Shown one piece after another: positions 46,021-56,400 of a DNA stretch of 64,000 nt. The stretch lies in the IMG/VR virus record IMGVR_UViG_3300043446_004500, positions 64,001 through 128,000 of that record; one strand, written 5' to 3'. A program made the translations under genes and the position numbers. The notes below the pieces were generated by a model. It was given only the letters and a program-made list of their open reading frames with translations, ran no database searches and was not told where the DNA came from. This DNA is from a virus. Each line of letters begins with the position of its first letter. The stretch's first letter is position 1.

Positions 46021-46458
46021 ATGAAAATATAGGGTCCTTATACTGGAAAAGACGGAAGACAAAGAATTGTTCTTTATGAAAATGGAAAAAGAACAACGGT
46101 TTCTTATCCAAAATATCTTTTAGAACAAAAAATTGGTAGACCTCTTTTGCCCGATGAAACTTGTGACCATATAGATGGAGATGTATCAAACAATTCTCTT
46201 GACAATTTACAAGTTTTAAGTAGAATTGATAATATAAAAAAACACGCAGCGGTACATAATAAAGCAGAAATGATTTATTCTGTGTGTCCCGAGTGTAATA
46301 AATCTTTCTATAAATCAGCAAGAGACATTAGACATAACAATATAAAACAACAAAAAGTTGGTCCATTTTGTTCTAAATCTTGTGCTGGTAAATATGGTCA
46401 AAGATTAAACAAAACTTTTAGAGGAGGAAAACCAAATCTAAACTATAAGCCCGTGTGA
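46021..46458 (+). pseudogene. HNH homing endonuclease with in-frame amber stop at codon 4
   Basis: ATG AAA ATA TAG GGT CCT TAT... then GKDGRQ, SYPKYL, DHIDGD..NN..DNLQVL, CPEC, FCSKSC in one frame. Confidence 0.7.
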
Positions 46459-46522
46459 CCCAGCGGAATGAGGTTCTCGACTTAAAATCGAGCAGTCGGC
46501 GGTTCGAATCCGCCCACGGGTA
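46449..46522 (+). tRNA. tRNA-Leu(UAA)
   Basis: GCCCGTG/CACGGGT acceptor, CTCGA-CTTAAAA-TCGAG anticodon arm, GGCGG-TTCGAAT-CCGCC T arm, A73. Confidence 0.85.
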
Positions 46523-46571
46523 TTGGAAGATTTAAACGTCTTCTAAATAATCAAAAGTAGGAACAAATCCT

Positions 46572-46841
46572 ATGAAGTACAGAATTGATACCAGATATGT
46601 ATGGTACAATCGTGGATCCCAAATAGTCCTAATGTATTTCATTCAGAATATTCCATTTTCTTTTGATGATGTTCCAGATGATGGTTTAAATGATTTGGAA
46701 CTAATTAATTTGGCAGATAAACAAAAACGTTGGGAACCAGAGGATTTATATCAAGCATCCTACTATCTTATGATGGAAGAATGTCATCCTCTTATGTTTG
46801 AAGTCGATCTGGAAAATCCAGAAATGATGCCTGCAGATTAA
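46572..46841 (+). CDS. conserved cyanophage hypothetical protein
   Basis: ORF with AGGA RBS, TAAATA upstream. Confidence 0.65.
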   Translation: MKYRIDTRYVWYNRGSQIVLMYFIQNIPFSFDDVPDDGLNDLELINLADKQKRWEPEDLYQASYYLMMEECHPLMFEVDLENPEMMPAD

Positions 46842-46842
46842 T

Positions 46843-46913
46843 GCCCCTAAAGCATTGTGGTGATGCACCGCTCTTGTAAAGCGGAGACGACAGTTCAATT
46901 CTGTCTAGGGGCT
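46843..46913 (+). tRNA. tRNA-Thr(UGU)
   Basis: GCCCCTA/TAGGGGC acceptor, CCGCT-CTTGTAA-AGCGG anticodon arm, GACAG-TTCAATT-CTGTC T arm. Confidence 0.9.
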
Positions 46914-46933
46914 CTTAAAACACAAGTTTTAAA

Positions 46934-47104
46934 ATGAAAATCAATCTCTGGTACTGCAAAGATATGCAACAGTGGCGTTGGACGCTATGTGATGATTCAC
47001 GTCCTATTGTCAAACAAGAATCGGGGCAACAACCATTTCTTCGTGATGCTATGAATGATGTTGCCAATACCGTAGAATATATGATGAAACCCTCACAAGA
47101 ATGA
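46934..47104 (+). CDS. 56-aa hypothetical protein (not in ORF track)
   Basis: MKINLWYCKDMQQWRWTL...QESG; ATGA overlap with next gene. Confidence 0.6.
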   Translation: MKINLWYCKDMQQWRWTLCDDSRPIVKQESGQQPFLRDAMNDVANTVEYMMKPSQE

Positions 47105-47727
47105 GTAAAAATACTCAATACTTTATAGATAGAGTAAGTAAAAAGGAACTTGAACCACTCCTTTTAACTTATCATTATCTTAAGGATGAAAGTAAATCAT
47201 ACAAGTCGGGTTTTAATTATGGACTCTTCAAGTATAACGAATGGGAATGCCCTCTTAGAATTGGCAGCCCTCTTGCTTGCTGCATTTTTACTGGTTTCCC
47301 AGTACCAGAAATAGCAGTTGGTGCTTTTGGATTACAAAGACACGAACAAGAAGGTCTTTATGAACTCTCTAGACTATGCGTTCATCCAGATCTTCAAAAG
47401 ACCGAATATAATATCACTTCTTGGTTTGTTTCAAGGTGCATAAAAAGGTTTCGTAAGGAAACAAACGTAAGAGCAATATTATCTTATGCTGACTCCTCTC
47501 ATCATTCTGGAGTGATTTATCGTGCTACAAACTTTAAATATTATGGACTCACAGATCCTAAAAAAGACTTTTATTATGCTGATGGTACAAAACATTCAAG
47601 AGGAAGTGTTAAAGGTGCTGAAGGAGAATGGAGAGAGAGGAGTCGTAAACACAGATATCTTTTGGTATATGATAAGGCATTAAATATTCTTTGGAAAGAA
47701 CAAAAATATTTCTCAACCTCCGAGTAA
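47101..47727 (+). CDS. Mom-like GNAT DNA-modification protein
   Basis: YHYL, YELSRLC, SWFVSR, ILSYAD..HHSGVIYRATNF.YYG, KHRY. Confidence 0.75.
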   Translation: MSKNTQYFIDRVSKKELEPLLLTYHYLKDESKSYKSGFNYGLFKYNEWECPLRIGSPLACCIFTGFPVPEIAVGAFGLQRHEQEGLYELSRLCVHPDLQKTEYNITSWFVSRCIKRFRKETNVRAILSYADSSHHSGVIYRATNFKYYGLTDPKKDFYYADGTKHSRGSVKGAEGEWRERSRKHRYLLVYDKALNILWKEQKYFSTSE

Positions 47728-47783
47728 TCGGGGGTTTTCTTGTTGATAAATAACTTATAACGGAACTATAAGAATTAATAAAA

Positions 47784-50700
47784 ATGGGTCTCTCCAGATT
47801 AGATAATTTTTTGAAGAACACTAAGGGAAATCTAATTTATGTAAATCCAAACGATATTGATGCTACAGACGCAATTGAAAATCAAGGCAACTCTTTGACA
47901 AGACCTTTTAAAACAATTCAAAGAGCACTAATAGAAGCAGCAAGATTTTCATATCAATCTGGTAGAAATAATGATAGGTTTGGAAAAACCACGGTTCTTG
48001 TTTATCCGGGAGAACATGTAGTTGATAACCGACCTGGATGGATTCCAGTTCATGATACTCCAATTAATGGCAACAATTATCTGTTAAGAAGTAGTGCAAC
48101 TTCTGATAATTTAATACCTTTTAGATCTGTTACTAATTTTAACGTCAATAGTGCAGATAATGACTTATACAAGTTGAATAGTATTCACGGTGGTGTTATA
48201 ATTCCAAGAGGTGTTTCTTTAGTTGGTGTTGATCTTAGAAAAACAAAGATCAGACCTAAGTATGTTCCTTCTCCAGAAAATGATGATATTGAAAGATCTG
48301 CAATCTTTAGAGTAACTGGTTCTTGTTTCTTCTTCCAGTTCAGCATCTTTGATGCCGATCCAAATGGAGTTATATATAAAGATTACACTGACAATTTATT
48401 TGTACCTAATTTTTCCCATCACAAACTCTCTTGTTTTGAGTACGCCGATGGAGTAAATCCAGTCTCAATTGATGATCAATTTATTACATATTCAACATCA
48501 AGAACTGATCTTGATATGTATTATGAGAAGATTGGTCTTGTTTATGGACCTTCATCAGGTAGACCTATTCCTGCTACTACAGATACTCTTTATGGAGATT
48601 ATCCTGCAGTAGTTGATATTGAGAAAAAGGTTGATGAATACCGTATTGTTGGATCTACTGGTTTAGAAGTTGGAATTTCAACAATTACAGCAACAGCAGG
48701 ATCAACTGCAATTACTGTTGGTCTCCAAGAATCTCTTCCTGGTCTTGAAGTAGATACTCCTATTCAAATTAATGGAGTTGGTGCAAATGGATATGATGGA
48801 CAATACGTTGTAAGTGAAGTCCTTGATTCCAAAACTATTAAATATGAAGTACAAAATACTCCATTAAACTTAATTCCACCAATCGCAAGTGCTACATTAA
48901 GTCTTTCTGTAGATACAGTAACTTCTGCATCTCCATATATCTTTAACGTATCATTGAGATCTGTCTGGGGTATGTGCGGTATGCTTGCTGATGGTAGCAA
49001 GGCAGATGGATTTAAATCAATGGTTGTTGCTCAATTTACAGGCATTGGTTTACAAAAAGATAATAATGCTTTTGTGAAGTATAAGACTTCAGAAACAGAA
49101 GGTTTATATCAAGACACTACAGCAAGTGGAAATGAAAATATACATACCGATTCTCTTGCAAGATATAAACCAACTTACGAAAACTTTCATATTAAAGCAA
49201 TAAATGATTCTTTCTTGCAGTTAGTTTCAGTATTTGCTATTGGATATGCTGCTCACTTCGTTGCCGAAAGTGGTGGTGACTTATCCATTACTAACTCAAA
49301 CTCTAACTTTGGTGCAAAGGCATTAGTTGCAGATGGATATAAGAGCACTGCTTTTGCAAAAGATGATACTGGATATATTACTCATATTATTCCACCAAAG
49401 CAACTTGAAACATTAGAAAGTAGTGTAGAATATATTGCAGTTGATGTTGGAGTAACTACAGGCATAGGAAGCACAAGTAGATTATATCTCTACAATCAAA
49501 CAAATTCCGCAGTTTTGCCCGATTACACAATTGATGGGTATAGAATTGGAGCAAAAGTTAATGATAAATTAAATGTAATTCTATCAAAATCTGGAATCAG
49601 CACTCAGTATTCGGCAAGAATTATTATGCCGAATACTCAAAATAATCAAGAAATATCTTTTGAAAAATCATATTTTGTTGGAAAGAGTACTTTAGGAATT
49701 AATAGTATTTCCTCTAGTACTATTACCTTTACAGAACCACACTCTTTTTTAAATGGTGAAAGTGTTCGTGTTATAAGTTTGGATGGAAATATTCCTGATG
49801 GAATAAGAGCAAATCAACTTTATTATGTAATTACTTCTGGAATTGGAAGTGATCAGATTAAACTCGCACAGACTTTCAATAATACTATAACTAATGACTT
49901 TATTTCAATCAATAATAGAGGAGGAACATTAAAAGTTGTAAGTAGAGTTTCCGATAAGAAATCTGGAGATATTGGACACCCAATTGGATTTGATACTTCA
50001 GTAAATCAATGGTATGTTAATGTTGCAACAGCAGCATCTGAAAATAGCATTTATCCAGCATTGTCTGGTTTAGGTGGTGTCGCCGTTCTTGGTTCAGCAA
50101 CACCTAGAACATTTATTACAAGAAGACCAGATACTAGAAACTTAGTTGATACAATTTATCGTGCAAGATATGTAATTCCTGCAGATTCTTTTGCAAGACC
50201 ACCTCTTGATGGATTTGTAATTCAAGAATCTAGTGAAACAATCGGTATTACTACCAGTGAAGTTGAATCATACTCAAGTATTCTTCCATTTACTCTTGCA
50301 AATACAACTCAACTAAGAAATTTTAGAATTATTTCAAATGCGGAGTGGAGTTCAAATGTAGCAAAATACACTACTGAACTACCTCATGAATTGAGTGCAG
50401 GTTCTGAAGTTGAAATCTTAAACATTAAGAGTGCAAATAATTCAACTGGAGTTGGAAACTCAGGATTTAACGGAATTTTCACTGTAACACAAATTAACAA
50501 TTCTAAACAATTTAGTGTTACATTAAATAGTGCTGTTGGTCCCGGAACATTTACGAGTGACACTTCACTAAGAAATGTTTCTCTTCCATACTTTAAGAGA
50601 AAAAAATATTCAAACACTTATACTGTATATAGATCTCAAGAAGTACAAAAACATGTTAGAAAAGATGTTGCAAATGGAATAAGTGGACAAGATGGAATTT

Positions 50701-53480
50701 ATCATTTACTTTTAGTAAACAACTCTAACAGTCCAGATATTTCTCCATTTACTGATTTAAATTTCTCACAACCAATTCAGAATCTCTATCCACAAACAAA
50801 TAGAGATAATCCAAATTCAGATCCAAGAGAATCAACATCGTTCTCTCTTCCAGACCCAATTGGACAAGTTGTTGTTAATGATCCACAATATAGTATCACA
50901 AAAGAAACTGTCAATAAGATTGCAAATGATTTTGGTCTTGGAATTGGAGTAACTAATGTTTATTCTACTAGTGGTTCTGATCACATTATTCACACTGAAA
51001 TTGATCATGGATTAAATCGTATTACTAGAGTAGGTATTGTAAGTGCCGGTCTTAATTATGGTTCAGGTATTGGAGTAACTCAAACATTTTATAATGCAAG
51101 ACTTGTTGGATTTGCGGGATCAACTACGGGAGATTATGCTACCGCAAGAGTAACTGTTAATAATGTTGGTTCAATTACTGCCGTTAAGATTATTGATGGT
51201 GGTAGTGCATATGGTATTGGAAATACTTTAACAGTTGTTGGTATTGCAACAACAACTGGACATATTGTTGGTGTAGTAAGTGTAACATCTATTTACAATA
51301 ATGTTGGTGATTCATTAAAACTAGATGGAATTATTTCTGACGTATATACAAAATATAATACTCTTTATAGAATTACTGGAATTGACACCGGATCTACAAA
51401 AATAGTTAAAGTATCTTCAGCATCAACATTATCATCGCCATATGCAGTATCGGGAATTGGCAATACAGTTGCAGCAAACGCATTTATTTCTTTAACAGGA
51501 CAAGCACTTAAAGTTAATTCTATACAATATAATCCAGTCTCTGGATTGGCAACAGTCACAACTCAGCAAAGACATGGTTTATTTGTCAATAATTCAGTAA
51601 AAGTTGGTGGAGCAAATAATTCATTCTATAACGGCGACTTTATAATTAAAAAAATTCAGTCCTCTAATTCTTTCCAACTTTTTATAGGAATTAGTACGGT
51701 TGGATTATCAACTTCTGGCAATATCTATGCATTTAGAACTGGATATTCTGCAAATGGCGGAAATGTTTCAATTGATGACGAAAATGTTTCTGGAAGAATG
51801 GTTTCAGAATATGCAGGAATTACAACTACTATTTCTGCACCAATTGTTGACGAACTAACAACAACTGTTGAAATTGCAAATCTTACCACACTAGATTTAC
51901 AAATTGGTGATCATTTAGAGATTGATAATGAAATCGTTAGAATTAAAACAACGGTTTTACCAGCAGATACAACAGTTTCTGTCTTTAGAGGAGTATTAGG
52001 AACAAGACCAACACAACACGATACAAACTCTGTTATTCGTAAAATTAAACCAAGACCAATAGAATTAAGAAGAAATTCAATTATTCGTGCTTCTGGACAT
52101 ACGTTTGAATATGTTGGATTTGGTCCTGGAAACTACTCCACTGCACTTCCATCAAAACAAAACCGACAAATTACTGCACAAGAAGAAATTCTTTCCCAAT
52201 CATTCAAGACTGATGGTGGACTTATTGTTTACACTGGAATGAATAATGATGGAGACTTCTACATTGGAAATAAAAAAGTAAGTTCTGCAAATGGCCAGGA
52301 AGAGGTTTTTGATGCTCCTATTCCGACTATAACTGGAGATGATATTTCTTCTGGTGGTTTTAGTCTAGGATTTGATGTTCTTACTCCACTTGAAGCATCA
52401 ATTAGTAGATCACTCAGAGTTGAAGGTGGTCCAAATGCAGATATTGTATCCGAATTTGATGGTCCCATTATTTTCAATAATAAGGTTACATCTAATTCTG
52501 AAAAGGGTATTGAAGCATATTCAATATATTTGCAAGGTGATGCTACAATCTCAAGAAAATATACTGTTGGTATTGCTACACCATCTACTTCAGGAACACC
52601 TGGAGATGTTGTCTTCCGTTCAGAACCAGTAAAAGGTGGAACTGTTGGATGGGTATACACTACAGATAATGATTGGTATCCTTTTGGAAATATTAGTATT
52701 TCCAAAAATTCTAGAATTGGAATTTTTGATCAAGTTGGAATTAACACAACCGATCCTGGAACTTGTCTCTTAAGTATTGTTGGATCTGCTTCTACTTATT
52801 TCTGCTTTAATCAGTGGGGCGTTGGTATTAATACCAACGCAAATGCAACTTACGATTTAAATCTCTTAGGAACAGCAAATATCACGGGCGATCTTTATGT
52901 AACTGGAACAATTTATGGAGCAGTAAATATTGATTCTCTTTGGTCATCAAATGCAACTGGTATACATACTACAAGAAGTGTTGGAATTGCAACCACATCT
53001 GCAAAAGCAAATACTGCATTATATGTAAATGGTAAAACTGAAATTAATGGTGCCTTAAAAGTAGTTGAAGTTATTGAAAAGGCAACTGTTAACACATCAA
53101 CAGTTCCAACAGGAACTTTGAATATTGATCTTGCAGAAAATAATGTTTATTATTATACCCAACAAGCAACAGGAAATTGGACTATTAACTTTAGAGGAAA
53201 TTCTGGACAAACTCTTGATAATTTCTTAGAAGTTGGAGATTCAATTACTGTTGCAATTATTACAACCCAAGGAGTAACACCTTATTATAATAACATAATT
53301 AGAATTGATGGACTTCAAGTTACACCAAAATATTATGGAGGAACCCAGATTTTATCTGGAAATTCAAGTGGAATTGATATGTATACATATGTTATTGTAA
53401 GAAAAGCAAACTCTTCTGGTCCATCATACAATCCAAATGATGATTTCACTGTGCTTTATTCACAATCCCAGTACGCATAA
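47784..53480 (+). CDS. large virion structural/tail-fibre protein (1898 aa)
   Basis: MGLSRLDNF, RPFKTIQRAL, beta-rich repeats, VGI.T motifs; ATAAATA late promoter. Confidence 0.75.
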   Translation: MGLSRLDNFLKNTKGNLIYVNPNDIDATDAIENQGNSLTRPFKTIQRALIEAARFSYQSGRNNDRFGKTTVLVYPGEHVVDNRPGWIPVHDTPINGNNYLLRSSATSDNLIPFRSVTNFNVNSADNDLYKLNSIHGGVIIPRGVSLVGVDLRKTKIRPKYVPSPENDDIERSAIFRVTGSCFFFQFSIFDADPNGVIYKDYTDNLFVPNFSHHKLSCFEYADGVNPVSIDDQFITYSTSRTDLDMYYEKIGLVYGPSSGRPIPATTDTLYGDYPAVVDIEKKVDEYRIVGSTGLEVGISTITATAGSTAITVGLQESLPGLEVDTPIQINGVGANGYDGQYVVSEVLDSKTIKYEVQNTPLNLIPPIASATLSLSVDTVTSASPYIFNVSLRSVWGMCGMLADGSKADGFKSMVVAQFTGIGLQKDNNAFVKYKTSETEGLYQDTTASGNENIHTDSLARYKPTYENFHIKAINDSFLQLVSVFAIGYAAHFVAESGGDLSITNSNSNFGAKALVADGYKSTAFAKDDTGYITHIIPPKQLETLESSVEYIAVDVGVTTGIGSTSRLYLYNQTNSAVLPDYTIDGYRIGAKVNDKLNVILSKSGISTQYSARIIMPNTQNNQEISFEKSYFVGKSTLGINSISSSTITFTEPHSFLNGESVRVISLDGNIPDGIRANQLYYVITSGIGSDQIKLAQTFNNTITNDFISINNRGGTLKVVSRVSDKKSGDIGHPIGFDTSVNQWYVNVATAASENSIYPALSGLGGVAVLGSATPRTFITRRPDTRNLVDTIYRARYVIPADSFARPPLDGFVIQESSETIGITTSEVESYSSILPFTLANTTQLRNFRIISNAEWSSNVAKYTTELPHELSAGSEVEILNIKSANNSTGVGNSGFNGIFTVTQINNSKQFSVTLNSAVGPGTFTSDTSLRNVSLPYFKRKKYSNTYTVYRSQEVQKHVRKDVANGISGQDGIYHLLLVNNSNSPDISPFTDLNFSQPIQNLYPQTNRDNPNSDPRESTSFSLPDPIGQVVVNDPQYSITKETVNKIANDFGLGIGVTNVYSTSGSDHIIHTEIDHGLNRITRVGIVSAGLNYGSGIGVTQTFYNARLVGFAGSTTGDYATARVTVNNVGSITAVKIIDGGSAYGIGNTLTVVGIATTTGHIVGVVSVTSIYNNVGDSLKLDGIISDVYTKYNTLYRITGIDTGSTKIVKVSSASTLSSPYAVSGIGNTVAANAFISLTGQALKVNSIQYNPVSGLATVTTQQRHGLFVNNSVKVGGANNSFYNGDFIIKKIQSSNSFQLFIGISTVGLSTSGNIYAFRTGYSANGGNVSIDDENVSGRMVSEYAGITTTISAPIVDELTTTVEIANLTTLDLQIGDHLEIDNEIVRIKTTVLPADTTVSVFRGVLGTRPTQHDTNSVIRKIKPRPIELRRNSIIRASGHTFEYVGFGPGNYSTALPSKQNRQITAQEEILSQSFKTDGGLIVYTGMNNDGDFYIGNKKVSSANGQEEVFDAPIPTITGDDISSGGFSLGFDVLTPLEASISRSLRVEGGPNADIVSEFDGPIIFNNKVTSNSEKGIEAYSIYLQGDATISRKYTVGIATPSTSGTPGDVVFRSEPVKGGTVGWVYTTDNDWYPFGNISISKNSRIGIFDQVGINTTDPGTCLLSIVGSASTYFCFNQWGVGINTNANATYDLNLLGTANITGDLYVTGTIYGAVNIDSLWSSNATGIHTTRSVGIATTSAKANTALYVNGKTEINGALKVVEVIEKATVNTSTVPTGTLNIDLAENNVYYYTQQATGNWTINFRGNSGQTLDNFLEVGDSITVAIITTQGVTPYYNNIIRIDGLQVTPKYYGGTQILSGNSSGIDMYTYVIVRKANSSGPSYNPNDDFTVLYSQSQYA

Positions 53481-53486
53481 TAACAG

Positions 53487-56400
53487 ATGAGTCCACTATT
53501 AGGTGCTATCGGCGGAATTTCCGAATATAACTATAGAGGTAATTTTGATGATTGGCCAAATCCTTTTATATTCGGAAATTTAGTTAATGTTGAACCTGGT
53601 TCAACTGTTGGAGTTTCTACAGTTATTACTGGAATTAATTATAAATCAATAGTAACAACTTCACCAGGTTCTCAAGTATCCGTCAGAAATATTATTGGAA
53701 TAACTAGCATTTATTCTGGGGATAGTAATACACCTTCTTCAACTGCTACAGTTTCAATTGCAAAAAGCACTACTGAATTGGCAGTAGGAAAAAATATAAG
53801 AATTTTAAATACTTCAGATTCAACTTATAATGGAGTTTTTGTAGTTTCATCAGTCATTGACTCTCCTTATGTAACTAGATTTACTTATGAACTGCCAGGA
53901 ATCGCATCTACTGCTAGACCTGGAATAAGTACAGCAGAGTTTAATTATGAAGTTTATCCTTTTTCCGAAAGTGGATTAACCTATATTAGAAATGATCAAA
54001 TATTAGAGGTAAGTCTTTCAACAACTTCTGGAAATAATGTTGATTTTGATAAGCAATACAGAACTACTGTAAAGGTAGGAAAAAGAACATCAGATTGGTC
54101 AGTTAGAACTAGATCAAAAGATTCTACTCCAGATCCATTTTTCTTCAGCAATTTAATTGATTTAAATGTTGGAATTGCTACCACAAGCAATTCAATTACT
54201 TTAGCAGGACTTGAACCGGGAATTCCATCTTTTGCTTTTATTTCTTCCGGAATTGGATCGTTTAGTGTAAATGGTTCTGTAGGAGTAACTACGGCAAATG
54301 TAAATAATGGTGACATCATTTTTATGAATGAAGTCACCTCACAAAATTATTTGTCCACAAAAACTTCATTTATTACTGTTGGAACTTATACAACATCATT
54401 TAGTGTTACTACAAGAGCAGCAGATAGAACACTAAATCAATTTGCATTTAATACTTTAGTTAATGTTCCAATTAATCAAGATCAAGTTAGTATAACTACA
54501 AGTTTAACCGGTGCTGATAACAATATACCATTATCAGCATCTGTTTCTTCACCTGGACAATTGCAGGTAAATTCCGATAACTATATTTCTGGATCTACAG
54601 AAGTCTTTAATGGAGATAATGTAAAATTAAAAATTCTAGGATCAACAATTAAAGAATATGGAACTACTTATTCGACATCTTTATCCATTTCTGGTGTAAG
54701 TAGTAGTTTTTTTGTTACAACAAGACCAAGACCAATAAAAACTTTTCCAGATCAATTTACATTTACCGATATATTAAATGCCTCTCCAAATTCAACTGTT
54801 GAAAGTTCTTTAGTAACTCTTTCTGGAATGACAGTTGGAGTTGCAGATACTGGACTTGCAACAATTACTGGTGGAGCAGAATTTAGAGTTTATAGAAATG
54901 GATCACTGATTCGTGATTATAATTCATCTTCATTTCCTGTAAAAAATTCTGACCAAATTCAATTAAGAACTATTTCAGCAGGTGAAGGTTCAAGAATTCA
55001 ACCAAAATTAACAGTTTCTGGAGTAGATACAAGACAGGTTATTAGTGGAGTAGAAGGTTCTACAAGTGATACTTGGGATGTAATATCTAGATTTTTATCA
55101 TGTAAGGTCAATCAAACGACATTTAATGCGGCATTGTCTACCGTATCTAATGCAAAAATTAGAGAACTTAAATCAACCAGTTTTACTGTTTCTGGATTAG
55201 ATAATGGTTGCGATACTATTATTACAACATCAAATCCAGACTCTTATATTAGAAATCAAAATGGAACTCAAGTAACATATTCACAACCTCTTGATATTAA
55301 AAATGGTGATGTGATTACCATTTACATGACTGCTTCGGCAGCATATAATACAAATAAATCAACAACCATAGAATGCAAAAGAAGAAATGGTTCAGATTTA
55401 GTTTCTGGAACTTGGACAATTAGAACACAAGTTGAAGATAGATTACCAGATCCTTTTGATTTAATTTTTAGAAGTCTAAATGATATAACTCCTTGTACTT
55501 ATCGTTCTACATTTGTAACAGAAAGTTTGTCTGGACTGTCTGAAGAAACTATAGTTCCAGCTTCTGTAACTTCAACAAATGGAACTGCACAAATTTCCAA
55601 AAATGGAGGAATATTTGGAACCTCTATTGATGGTGGAGTTAAAAACGGAGACAGAATTGATATTCGTCTAAAATCAAATTGCGAATATGGAGGATCTTGT
55701 GAATCTGCAACTGTTACTGTTGGAGAAAGATCTGAAGATTGGGTTCTATGTCCAGAGAAAATTTCATTACCAACAGTAAATCTTCAAGCAAATTCAACTT
55801 CAATTAATTATGATGGATCAGTAACTTTAACTTGGACTTCTACATTTGCTGCTTCTGTTAGAAGCAGCAGTGGAACAGGATTTGTAGGTGTTGGATCTAC
55901 TCAAGGAACTATCACTATTAATAATTTAAAAGCAAACACAACATATTCAATTACTGTAGAAAATTCTAAAGGTTATGCTACTTCTTCAGTTGATATCGTA
56001 GTTGCTCCAGAACCATCACCAACAGTAACTTTAAAAAATATTGATAAAACAACTATTGCGCCAATTTACACTGGGGTTAAAGAGGGAATTTATGCAAATG
56101 GACAATATATTTTTATTGGCGGATATGATCCTTATATTTTTGATCCATATGCTTATATTCCAGGGAAATCATATATTTTTATAAGTAATAATGGATTTTC
56201 TTGGGAAGTTATTTCTACAAATATTAGTGACTTACTATATGATGTATCATATAGTTCCGGATCTACATTTGTATCTGTTGGTAGTAGAGGGACAATAGTA
56301 AAAACTACGGATAATTGGAAAACAATTACAAATCATTCTATTGCATTTGAAGGAGATTTTCCATCGGTTACTTATGGTAATGGAAAATTTATAGCAATTA

